From: Chlamydiota bacterium
GTDB lineage: Bacteria; Chlamydiota; Chlamydiia; Chlamydiales; RGXB01
Assembly: GCA_947494155.1 (NCBI GenBank)
Contig: CANLTW010000002.1
Coordinates: forward strand, 75,922 to 139,921
Direction: 5' to 3'
DNA: 64,000 bases
Shown here: in pieces, positions 30,538-39,114 of the stretch
Numbering within the stretch: the first letter of the stretch is position 1
How the letters are laid out: each line of letters begins with the position of its first letter
The notes under the pieces: model-generated
What the model was told of the DNA's origin: nothing
Seen by the model: only the letters and a program-made list of their open reading frames with translations
Databases searched by the model: none
Position numbers and translations under genes: made by a program

Positions 30538-30832
30538 TTTTCGAAGGGGAAATTTTTAAAACTTTATCGAGGCCCGCATAGTGCAAAATATACTTTAGGT
30601 CCTCCGAAGGGGATAATAGTACCAGTTTTGTTTTTTTTGTGTAAGAGATCAGGATTCTTAAGCCGGCACTACTGATATATTCCAGCTGAGAACAGTCCAA
30701 TACAATGGCGCTGCGGTTTTCGCTTATGCATTTTTTGAGCTCTTCCTCAAGGTAAGCTGCATTCGCAAAATCCACTCTTCCAATGATTTCGAGAAAAGAT
30801 ACTCCATTTTCATCGAACCGATTGATGCTCAT
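30509..30832 (-). CDS. rsbV: STAS-domain anti-sigma-factor antagonist (RsbV/SpoIIAA-like)
   Basis: The protein is 107 aa. The phosphorylatable Ser context is LEYISSAGLRIL. Its 3' end overlaps the miaA start by 29 nt. Confidence 0.8.
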   Translation of the reverse strand: MSINRFDENGVSFLEIIGRVDFANAAYLEEELKKCISENRSAIVLDCSQLEYISSAGLRILISYTKKTKLVLLSPSEDLKYILHYAGLDKVLKISPSKSELKKYISF

Positions 30833-30967
30833 TGTTTTCTCCGTTCTAACCTCAAAATCTTAAAAAACCTATTATAAATCAAGGGCTAAACATCTCTATA
30901 AAAAGGATCATCATTAAAAAAAAACCTAGATCGTTAGTTTTTAAAGGGTTGAATGGGGGCTATTCAT

Positions 30968-31780
30968 CTAAGAAATTGCTCTAGTCTCCCAAAAATGGGG
31001 TTCCTCCCAGTAAAAATTTTGCTCTCTATGGGTATCAACCGTTTGTAAAAACCCGATACCCAAAGTCCGCAAATCGAGCTTTACCACTTTATCGATTCCC
31101 ACAATCGGCACCGTATGCAAGAAAGCCTGGAGCTCCTTTACCCCCTCTTCAAGATGGTCTGGGTTAAGCCTAACAAGGAGCATTTTCCCTGTATTAGAAA
31201 AATTTTTCTTTTGGCTGATCCCTAAATTCACGGTCCGATAGGGCAAAAGACACCCTTTTTTGGATAGGTCGATAAAATCTAACGTGTCTTGAAATGCACT
31301 TTTCAACTCAAGAATCTCTTTGAAAAGGGTCTGATCCAGCTTAGAGGCCAAGCGCAAATTTTTGATCGGGCCCAAAAAGAGTCTGGGAACTTTTTTTGGG
31401 GATTGAAATGGATGTAGAGCAACAAGAACACCCTCGGGGTCTAAACCCAAATTCTCATAGTCACCTAAAATGAAAGCGACCTCTCTAAGACCGTAATAGA
31501 CATAAACGCTAGAGGGGGGGAAGTTTGATACGGTCAAGTGTCTAAAAATGGGGTGGAGATCTTTTTCTTGTATTTCGGCCCTAAAACCCTCTGTGCCCCC
31601 TTGACTTTTTAGGTAGCTTAAAAGCCATCTAGGCTCAGTAAGTGTGGGTTTATCGCTACAAAAAAGGATCGAGTCCACATCTTTTTCTGCCGGCTGGAAT
31701 TGAAAACCCAAAAAAAACCCGACTCCACAAATACAAAAAAGGGGGATCAAAACAAGCCCCAAGCGCTGAGTTAAAGACAT
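30968..31780 (-). CDS. Bitopic membrane protein in the FtsQ position of the dcw cluster (FtsQ-like, tentative)
   Basis: It has a single N-terminal TM helix (LGLVLIPLFCICGVGFFLGF) and a ~230-aa extracytoplasmic domain. Its start overlaps the murC stop by 10 nt. The call rests on position and topology, not sequence identity. Confidence 0.45.
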   Translation of the reverse strand: MSLTQRLGLVLIPLFCICGVGFFLGFQFQPAEKDVDSILFCSDKPTLTEPRWLLSYLKSQGGTEGFRAEIQEKDLHPIFRHLTVSNFPPSSVYVYYGLREVAFILGDYENLGLDPEGVLVALHPFQSPKKVPRLFLGPIKNLRLASKLDQTLFKEILELKSAFQDTLDFIDLSKKGCLLPYRTVNLGISQKKNFSNTGKMLLVRLNPDHLEEGVKELQAFLHTVPIVGIDKVVKLDLRTLGIGFLQTVDTHREQNFYWEEPHFWETRAIS

Positions 31781-33072
31781 TCCTCAAAAATCCTATCTAT
31801 GTTTCCGGCACCGATAAAAAGAAGCACCCCCTTTTCCCCACTGTCTTTACTCATTTTTTCTAAAACGGTTTTTATCTCTCCCTTTTTTGTAACCGAAATT
31901 CCCAGTGCTTTTGCCAATTTTTCTGAGGAACCCTCATAATCATACTTTTCATCCGCGGCATATGTCTGTAGTATACACACCGCTTGAGGAATTTTCAGCA
32001 CCTCAACAAAAGCTTGAAAAAGGTTTTTTGTGCGCGAATACTTGTGGGGTTCAAACACAACGAATAGAGGGATATTGTATTGTCTCTTCAGCGCCTCAAA
32101 GGTAGTTGCAAGCTCTTTTGGATGGTGACCATAATCTAAAAATGTTTTCCAACGAGTAAAATCTCGCCCCTTTTCACAACGCCTTTTGACCCCTTCATAA
32201 GATCGAAAAGACTCTTTGATAAAGTCTAGTTTTACCCCTAAAGCTTTTGCCATTCCAAAAACCCCAAGAGCATTTTTCACCTGATGTTCTCCCATCAAGG
32301 GTATGTAAACGTCTTTTACAAACAAATTTTCTGAAGGCTGTATTATATCAAAAATAGAGCCGTCTTCATGAATGCGCAAATTGATCGCCTGAATGTCCCC
32401 TTTCCCAATCCCATAAGAGGTACCACTTTGCACAAGACCCTCATCTTCACCTGCAGCATAAAAAATCCATTCGCTTTTTTTTACCGTCTTTAAAAAATCA
32501 CTATACCCTTTTTTTAAAGAAAAAAAGCTTCCCCAGAAATCCAGGTGATCTGCGTCGACGTTGGTAATAATAGCCCCTTCGGGATGGATTCTCAGAAATG
32601 AACCATCACTCTCATCCCCTTCCAAAACATATTTTGTCCGTCCAGTTTTGCCGTTCAGCCCCGATTGTTTCCAAACACCTCCAACTTTGAATCCAGTATC
32701 GGAGTCATAGGAATGCAAAACATGAGCTAAAAGGGCCGAAGTAGAGGTTTTACCATGCGCCCCCACTACGGCAAACACAGGGGTTTGCCCCGCAATTTTG
32801 GTAAATAAATCTAGGCGGTGGATTTTTCTTTTGGCATGGCGCAATTCTGGATGATCTTGAGGTATGCGCGAGTGTATTACCGCTATTGCCTCCTCATGGA
32901 CTACAGTATTTTCATGCCCTTCAAAAATTTCAGCGCCCCTTTTTCGCAAGTACAGAGCCCTTTCATTCAGTACCAAATCAGAGCCCGAAACGGTATGGCC
33001 TTGATCCAAAAGGATACTGGCAAGTGCACTCATGCCAATTCCCCCTATGCCAATGAAATGATATCGCTCCAT
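31771..33072 (-). CDS. murC: UDP-N-acetylmuramate--L-alanine ligase (stand-alone, no Ddl domain)
   Basis: It begins HFIGIGGIGMSALA and carries the Mur ligase P-loop VVGAHGKTSTSA. At 433 aa there is no C-terminal D-Ala-D-Ala ligase extension. Confidence 0.92.
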   Translation of the reverse strand: MERYHFIGIGGIGMSALASILLDQGHTVSGSDLVLNERALYLRKRGAEIFEGHENTVVHEEAIAVIHSRIPQDHPELRHAKRKIHRLDLFTKIAGQTPVFAVVGAHGKTSTSALLAHVLHSYDSDTGFKVGGVWKQSGLNGKTGRTKYVLEGDESDGSFLRIHPEGAIITNVDADHLDFWGSFFSLKKGYSDFLKTVKKSEWIFYAAGEDEGLVQSGTSYGIGKGDIQAINLRIHEDGSIFDIIQPSENLFVKDVYIPLMGEHQVKNALGVFGMAKALGVKLDFIKESFRSYEGVKRRCEKGRDFTRWKTFLDYGHHPKELATTFEALKRQYNIPLFVVFEPHKYSRTKNLFQAFVEVLKIPQAVCILQTYAADEKYDYEGSSEKLAKALGISVTKKGEIKTVLEKMSKDSGEKGVLLFIGAGNIDRIFEECL

Positions 33073-34028
33073 TTTTTCCCTTTTACGTCAAAGATTTGGT
33101 CTTTTTTAAGACCCATTAGCCCCAAAAGACTAGAGAGTATTTTTTCCTCTTCATTTTCGGAAACAAGAACCCCTTGCCCCCCTTTTTCTAAAAAGCTTAA
33201 ACCATTTTGTTTCTGGTGCTCGTAAGCCCCTTCGAAAGGGATGATTAAAGAGGGGACTGCGTAATGATAAAGCTCGAACAAAGTGCTTGCCCCTGCTCTG
33301 GTGAGGGCAATATCTGCAATCTGCATAGCCTCCTTTACATTGGAAATAAATGGCTCTACATAGGCTGTGATCTCTAAGGAGCTGTATACTTTTCTCCAGC
33401 GGTCGGGATCATTTTTTGGGCCGACTAAATGGATTAATTGGAATTCTTTAAGTTTATGACAATTTTTTTCTACCCACTCATTGATGAATTTGGAACCTGA
33501 GGAACCTCCAATAATCAACAAAACCGGCCTATTTTCGCTAAGACCAAACGAGGTATAGATCGCTTTTTTCTCTTTTTGTTCCATTTCAGGAGCGATCAAC
33601 ACGCCCCGGTTAGGAAACTCGAGCACAAGATTTTCGTCGTAACAAAGCACTTTGTGTGCAAAAAAAGAGAAAAATCTATTCGCCTTACCCATAGTAGCGT
33701 TGGGCTCAAATACCCAGATCGGTTTCCCTAAAAAAAGAGCGATGCATGTAGCTGGAAAACTATGAAAACTACCAAAACTGATCACTATTTGGGGATTTTT
33801 CTTTTGAAAGGCGATAAAAGCTTGCCAACAGCTTTTTAAAAGATGATGGAACACCCGAGCCCCTTCTAAAGAGACAACCTCGCAGTTTATACCCTTTAAG
33901 AATGGGGAGTCTTTTAAACCTATTCCAATCAAAAAAGAGCGCCCTTTTGCCGAAATTGCCGCCTCTAACGCCGGGCGCAAGTGACCAAAGGTTCCCCCTA
34001 CGCTAAGTGCAATCTGGTTACACGACAT
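33045..34028 (-). CDS. murG: Lipid II-forming N-acetylglucosaminyl transferase
   Basis: The N-terminal GGTFGHLRPAL corresponds to the GGTGGH motif. The C-terminal TRAGASTLFEL fits the family, as does the position in the dcw cluster. Confidence 0.88.
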   Translation of the reverse strand: MSCNQIALSVGGTFGHLRPALEAAISAKGRSFLIGIGLKDSPFLKGINCEVVSLEGARVFHHLLKSCWQAFIAFQKKNPQIVISFGSFHSFPATCIALFLGKPIWVFEPNATMGKANRFFSFFAHKVLCYDENLVLEFPNRGVLIAPEMEQKEKKAIYTSFGLSENRPVLLIIGGSSGSKFINEWVEKNCHKLKEFQLIHLVGPKNDPDRWRKVYSSLEITAYVEPFISNVKEAMQIADIALTRAGASTLFELYHYAVPSLIIPFEGAYEHQKQNGLSFLEKGGQGVLVSENEEEKILSSLLGLMGLKKDQIFDVKGKKWSDIISLA

Positions 34029-35107
34029 CTTACCTCATCTATTTCCATCAAAAGGCAAATCAGTATTGCATTTGCAATTAAAGAGGATCCCCCCTGACTC
34101 ATGAACGGCAGGCTTGTTCCTTTGCTAGGCAAAAGCCCCGATACGATCCCCATATTTAAAAAGGCCTGAATGGCAAAAACATAACTCAAAGATGCAGCTA
34201 AAAGAAAACTCTGTTTATCGGTAGTTCTCATCGCTACAATAAATCCTAAAAAAATGATCCACATGTAGACCAATATAAGGGCAATAATTCCCCTTAAGCC
34301 AAACTCCTCTGCAAAAATCGCCAGAATGTAATCGCTTCTAGCCTCAGGGAGGTAATTATACTTTTGTAAACTCTGCCCTAGCCCTTTTCCGTGAAGTCCT
34401 CCGGACCCGGCAGCTATTTTGGCTTGGTAGGGTTGGTGCCCTTTCCCTAAAAGATCGGTCTCGGGGTCTAAATAGATCTGTATTCTGTTCTGCACATGGG
34501 GCATTTTTGAAGCAAAAATTGCGGCAATACTGATAAAAACCATGATGGGAGCTAACCAAAAACGGAAAGGTACACGGCTGAGAAAAAGGAGTACTATGAT
34601 GGTAGAGGTTAGAATCAGAGCTGTCCCATTATCGGGCTCTACCAAAATGAGAAAAATTGGAACCGCTAGCAGCCCTAAAATTTCTAGAAACTTTTTAAGC
34701 GATCCGAAATTTTCCCTTTTTTGTAGATACCAAATATAAAACAACGGCAATAAAATTTTCATCATCTCGGAGGGCTGAAAAGTGAGCCCCAAGAGCTTAA
34801 TCCATCTTTTGGCACCATTGATTGTACACCCTATTTTAGGGACAAATACAAGAACTAAAAGAAGGCAAAAAACCCCAAATAATAAGGGGGCGTATTCAAT
34901 CCATTTTTTATGGCCAGTCACAAACACAATTGTCCCCACGACAAGGCCTAAGACCCCGTAAGCCCCCTGTTTTAAAAGGGAATCTATCAACCCAAACTCA
35001 TGCATCCGATCCAGTAGCTCGCCTGAAGTGGTATTATATACCATCACAAGTCCTAAAGAAAATACCGAGAGCGTCAAAATCAATAAAAGTCTGGATACTA
35101 GGCTCAT
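33998..35107 (-). CDS. ftsW: SEDS-family peptidoglycan polymerase FtsW/RodA
   Basis: It has about 10 TM helices. SEDS motifs include LPEARSDYILAIFAEEFGLRG and SKGTSLPFMSQGGSS. Confidence 0.9.
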   Translation of the reverse strand: MSLVSRLLLILTLSVFSLGLVMVYNTTSGELLDRMHEFGLIDSLLKQGAYGVLGLVVGTIVFVTGHKKWIEYAPLLFGVFCLLLVLVFVPKIGCTINGAKRWIKLLGLTFQPSEMMKILLPLFYIWYLQKRENFGSLKKFLEILGLLAVPIFLILVEPDNGTALILTSTIIVLLFLSRVPFRFWLAPIMVFISIAAIFASKMPHVQNRIQIYLDPETDLLGKGHQPYQAKIAAGSGGLHGKGLGQSLQKYNYLPEARSDYILAIFAEEFGLRGIIALILVYMWIIFLGFIVAMRTTDKQSFLLAASLSYVFAIQAFLNMGIVSGLLPSKGTSLPFMSQGGSSLIANAILICLLMEIDEVRCRVTRLHLA

Positions 35108-35715
35108 TGTATTCTCAGCTGATCTCCAGGCTTGAGCCTTTTTGCTTTCTCCTCATCAAGATTATTGAGGCGCAAAAGCTCGTCGACTTTCATCTGATTT
35201 TTCATGGCAATCGTCCAGGGATTATCCCCATTTTTCACTGTATAGTATTTTTCCTGACCCTTTTTTGAGGATTTCGTTAACTTCAAAACCTGCCCAATTT
35301 GTAGTCTGGAATCGATCAGATGATTCGTGCGCATGATCTCTTCAACACTCAATCCATAGCTACGCGCAATCTTATCAAGTGTATCGCCTGCTCGGACGAT
35401 TATATCTTGCGGTATCGTTTTCTCCCCCTCAGGCATCGCCTCCAACGGTTTTTGGGGCTCTTCTTTGAGCTTTGCGACTTTTTCTACTGGGAGCTTTTCT
35501 TCAAGAAGATGTGTTTGGGTCAGTTTTTTGAGTAATTGATCCACCTCGTCAATCCCCTCTTTTTTAGAAAGGTCGGCTTTTGTGGACTCCAAAGCAACGG
35601 AAGCCTCCTTGGGAGAAGGTTTCAGAGGTTCACTTTGACGCCCTGTAAAAAAAACAAAAAATAACAGGATGCAATTCATCAAAACTGTGATTAAGATAGC
35701 ATCTTTTTTTCCCAT
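35104..35715 (-). CDS. Membrane-anchored protein with two LysM domains (NlpD position, no M23 peptidase domain)
   Basis: It has an N-terminal TM anchor. LysM 1 is IIVRAGDTLDKIARSYGLSVEEIMRTNHL...GQVLKL and LysM 2 is YYTVKNGDNPWTIAMKNQMKVDELLRLNNL...PGDQLRI. I see no HxxxD/HxH M23 motifs. Confidence 0.8.
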   Translation of the reverse strand: MGKKDAILITVLMNCILLFFVFFTGRQSEPLKPSPKEASVALESTKADLSKKEGIDEVDQLLKKLTQTHLLEEKLPVEKVAKLKEEPQKPLEAMPEGEKTIPQDIIVRAGDTLDKIARSYGLSVEEIMRTNHLIDSRLQIGQVLKLTKSSKKGQEKYYTVKNGDNPWTIAMKNQMKVDELLRLNNLDEEKAKRLKPGDQLRIQ

Positions 35716-36785
35716 TCTATCCTCTGTTTAAACGACTCCCCTCTATGAGCATAGGAGTTAAATTGATCATAACTTGCAAAACCGGGGGACAATAAAAGAT
35801 TGCCCTCCCCTTTTAAACCCTCATCTACAGCCTTTTCCAAGGTCTCACAAAGGACAACTTCGATCTTAGGATCAAAAATCTCTTTTATGATGTGCATGGT
35901 TTCCCCGATCGCCAAAATCCTTTTTAGGGGTCTCTTAAGAAGATTTTCCCGAAAGGAGAGGAGATTTTCCCCTTTGGATCTCCCTCCGAGAATCAGCTGC
36001 ACCGGCCCTTCAACAGCGTTCAAAGCGTAAAGGGTAGAACTAATTGTGGTAGACTTAGAATCATTGTAAATTTTTTTTCCAAAAAAGTCTCCAAGATATT
36101 CTATTCGATGTGGTAAATTTTGATAAGTAGTTAAAGCCTCGTAGATCTTTTCTTTATCGATCGAAAACTTTTTGGCCACCCAATCCCAAATCTCCTCCAT
36201 AGAGGTATTAGGACCTAAACTGGTTCCCCCTTCCCTTACTAAATGGAAAATTTTCCTTTTTACCTGCTCATACCTCTCCATAGTATGGTAGCGATCTAAA
36301 TGGTTTGGCTGGATATTAAGAATCACACCAAGATCTAATACTCTGGAGTGTGTAGTCTCAAGTTGTTGCGCACTCATCTCGATTACGACTATGTCATAAC
36401 CGCTAAGATCTTCTGAGGTTAAGGGGATCTCAATATTTCCAAGCGCTTTGGCTTTGAATCCTAAAGAAAGGAAAACATGCTCCATTTTTTTTACGCATGT
36501 GGATTTCCCATTAGAACCTGTGATCCCTATAAGACAACCTGCTGACATTTTTTCTAAGGCAAGATCCACTTCAGATTGCACCTTGATCCCTTTTTCATAG
36601 GCCATCAGTATCAGGGGATGCTCCTGAGTAAAACCCGGTGAAACGACAACACGGTCTATTAACGTGAAATCAACGGCAGTTTTTGATTGATCATCGTAAA
36701 GTAGAGGAATAATATTCTCTTTTAAAAAAAGACGAAAAGCCGATTTTCCACTCTGCCCCTGCCCTAAAATGAGAGGTCTATACAT
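35691..36785 (-). CDS. murD: UDP-N-acetylmuramoylalanine--D-glutamate ligase
   Basis: It carries GITGSNGKST and Mur ligase middle and C-terminal domains. I prefer the start MYRPLILGQGQSG at 36785, which overlaps the mraY stop (ATGTATAG). The ORF-track start is 36848. Confidence 0.9.
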   Translation of the reverse strand: MYRPLILGQGQSGKSAFRLFLKENIIPLLYDDQSKTAVDFTLIDRVVVSPGFTQEHPLILMAYEKGIKVQSEVDLALEKMSAGCLIGITGSNGKSTCVKKMEHVFLSLGFKAKALGNIEIPLTSEDLSGYDIVVIEMSAQQLETTHSRVLDLGVILNIQPNHLDRYHTMERYEQVKRKIFHLVREGGTSLGPNTSMEEIWDWVAKKFSIDKEKIYEALTTYQNLPHRIEYLGDFFGKKIYNDSKSTTISSTLYALNAVEGPVQLILGGRSKGENLLSFRENLLKRPLKRILAIGETMHIIKEIFDPKIEVVLCETLEKAVDEGLKGEGNLLLSPGFASYDQFNSYAHRGESFKQRIEWEKKMLS

Positions 36786-37803
36786 ACATCCTCGCAAGGT
36801 AATAGAGTAAAAATCCCCCAAAAGCAAAAAGAATTTGGACAAGAGCAAATCGGCTGACGATCACCTCCTCTTTTTGTCCATGAAACTGGTAATGGTGGTG
36901 TAAAGGAGCGCAAAGAAAAATTCTCTTTTGAGTTTGCCTGTAATAGCTGACTTGAAGAATCACCGATAGAGTCTCTATAACAAACATACCGCCCAAAAAA
37001 ACGAGTACCAACTCCTGGTGAAGGTAGATAGAAAATCCCGCTATCAGGCCTCCTAAGGGTAATGACCCTACGTCCCCCATGAATATCCGTGCCGGCTTTT
37101 TATTCACGAGATAAAAACCGAAAAGAGCGCCAGTAAAAGCCATAATCATATAAGTGGTAAAGACCTGCCCTTCAAAATAACTGATGAGTGCTAAAAAAAA
37201 GAGGCTTACAATACTCAATAGGCCGGCAAGTCCATCCATACCGTCGGTTAAATTAACAGCATTCGAAGTCCCAACTAGTATAAAGGCCAAAAAAAACAAA
37301 AAACAACATTTTGAACCTACACTTGCAAAGTTGATTTCCGATCCGAAAGGGATTTTTAATAGAAAGTCGTGCTCACCGGAAAATAAAAGGGTCAAAAAAA
37401 TTGTAGCGGCAACAATTTGTCCAAGCGATTTTCCCTTGGCCGATATCCCCTTTTTTGAGGGGATAAGTTTATAGAGATCATCGATTAACCCAACCATAGC
37501 CATCCCGATCACGAGCGCCAAAAAAGCATAGTAGGCAGACGGGAGAGGCTGAACGAAAAAGGGGACGACGAAAAAGGGGATTATCAGGAAAGGAACACCT
37601 CCAAAAGAGGGTGTTTTTTCTTTTAAAAGCTTGGTATCGGGATCTATGATGTGATCAACATGTCCTTTAGAATCTAGACGGAAATTTTTTATCCATCGTA
37701 TCCAGAAGGGGTAACAAAATTTGGAAAGCAAAAAACAAAACAGCGCCACTAACAAAGGGCTTATGTATTCAATGCCTGCTCTAACCATGGCTCTACCTCC
37801 CAA
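36778..37803 (-). CDS. mraY: Phospho-N-acetylmuramoyl-pentapeptide transferase
   Basis: Motifs include GLIDDLYKL, NAVNLTDGMDGLA and MGDVGSLPLGG. The protein is polytopic. Confidence 0.93.
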   Translation of the reverse strand: MGGRAMVRAGIEYISPLLVALFCFLLSKFCYPFWIRWIKNFRLDSKGHVDHIIDPDTKLLKEKTPSFGGVPFLIIPFFVVPFFVQPLPSAYYAFLALVIGMAMVGLIDDLYKLIPSKKGISAKGKSLGQIVAATIFLTLLFSGEHDFLLKIPFGSEINFASVGSKCCFLFFLAFILVGTSNAVNLTDGMDGLAGLLSIVSLFFLALISYFEGQVFTTYMIMAFTGALFGFYLVNKKPARIFMGDVGSLPLGGLIAGFSIYLHQELVLVFLGGMFVIETLSVILQVSYYRQTQKRIFLCAPLHHHYQFHGQKEEVIVSRFALVQILFAFGGFLLYYLARMYV

Positions 37804-38945
37804 AGTCGATTAGCGTTAGACCCTTTCACCAAAACAAAGTCTTTTGGTTGTATTTGTTGTTTGATAATAGGCTTTAACTGATCAACAGTTTCTACCCAAA
37901 AAACCTGTTTAGCCTGCTTTTCCCAAAAATCAAACACCAGTTGCATTTTTTTTCCTATGCAAAAAGCCACATCAAACGAGTTTTGTAAATCTATAGCTAG
38001 TTGCATATGATAATCTTCTGTTTTCTCTCCCAAACTCTCCATCTGCCCGATAATTGCGACTCTCCTTAAGTCCGTCGGCATTTTATGGTCAGAAAGAAAA
38101 AAAATCCTCATTGTAGTCGGGTTAGCATTATAGCAATCTAAAATTACCCCACCCTTTTGGTACATTTTTGTTTGATACCTCAAATCTGGGGTTTTCCATG
38201 TAAAGGGTTGGGGAACAAGCCCTAGAACCCCCCCCATTTTTTCGATTAGATCAAACACATCCCCAAATAGGGGCTCGCCGTTTTGGCCATAAATGATTTG
38301 CTTAAGCTCTCCCTCTTGATTATCGGGGTAAAATCTACTTGCCGAGTAGTGAACAAATTGCACCTTTGTTTTTGGGGTAACGACAATTTTACCCTTTTCT
38401 AGGGCAATATTTTCCAAAGTCTGGAGTGTGTCTAAGTGCGCTTCAGCTATTCGGGTTATCACTGCGACATCAGGCGGGGCAATCCTAGCAAGATTTTCCA
38501 TATCCCCCGGCATTTCTATCCCCATCTCTAAAAATAGCAAAGGTTCGTTGCTGTAACAATTTAATATAGAAAGCGGTAAACCGATTTGGGAATTTTGGTT
38601 TAAAGGATTACGAAAGCACCCTTTTTGTTTGGAAAACGCCAGGTAAAGGGCCTCTTTAGTGGTAGTTTTTCCAAAAGAGCCGGTCACTCCCACGATGAAT
38701 GGGTTAGCGGCATGAATCTTTTGTCGAGCCAGCTCTTGGAGAGTCTTAAATGGATCCTCTACCCGATGCAGCTCTAATCCAAAATCGTCTCCCTTGTATT
38801 CATCGGAGACGTAGGCCACTTTTGCCCCATTTGCTTTTGCCTCCATTAAAAAAAGGTGACCGTCTGTTTTTGCCCCTTTAAGTGCAAAAAAAACCCCATT
38901 TTCGTTTTTTTGACGGCTATCTACTGTAAACTTAAGCTGTTGCAT
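37761..38945 (-). CDS. murF: UDP-N-acetylmuramoyl-tripeptide--D-alanyl-D-alanine ligase
   Basis: It carries GVTGSFGKTTTKE and is the first gene of the dcw cluster. At 394 aa it is somewhat short for MurF. Confidence 0.88.
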   Translation of the reverse strand: MQQLKFTVDSRQKNENGVFFALKGAKTDGHLFLMEAKANGAKVAYVSDEYKGDDFGLELHRVEDPFKTLQELARQKIHAANPFIVGVTGSFGKTTTKEALYLAFSKQKGCFRNPLNQNSQIGLPLSILNCYSNEPLLFLEMGIEMPGDMENLARIAPPDVAVITRIAEAHLDTLQTLENIALEKGKIVVTPKTKVQFVHYSASRFYPDNQEGELKQIIYGQNGEPLFGDVFDLIEKMGGVLGLVPQPFTWKTPDLRYQTKMYQKGGVILDCYNANPTTMRIFFLSDHKMPTDLRRVAIIGQMESLGEKTEDYHMQLAIDLQNSFDVAFCIGKKMQLVFDFWEKQAKQVFWVETVDQLKPIIKQQIQPKDFVLVKGSNANRLWEVEPWLEQALNT

Positions 38946-39114
38946 CAGAATCCTAAAGGTAACTGTTTTTCACTCTATAAATCAAGAAAACGCACCTGCA
39001 TTCTTTATAGTTAATTTCTTTATAAAAAAACTTTTATAGATCTTTAAGAGAACCTTGATAGAAAAACGGTAAAAACAGTATGAGACAAAAAAAGACAATA
39101 AAAAGAGAATTATA

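Noticed and set aside
32818-33225. A 135-aa plus-strand ORF
   Set aside because: It is antisense across the murC/murG junction and has no motifs.
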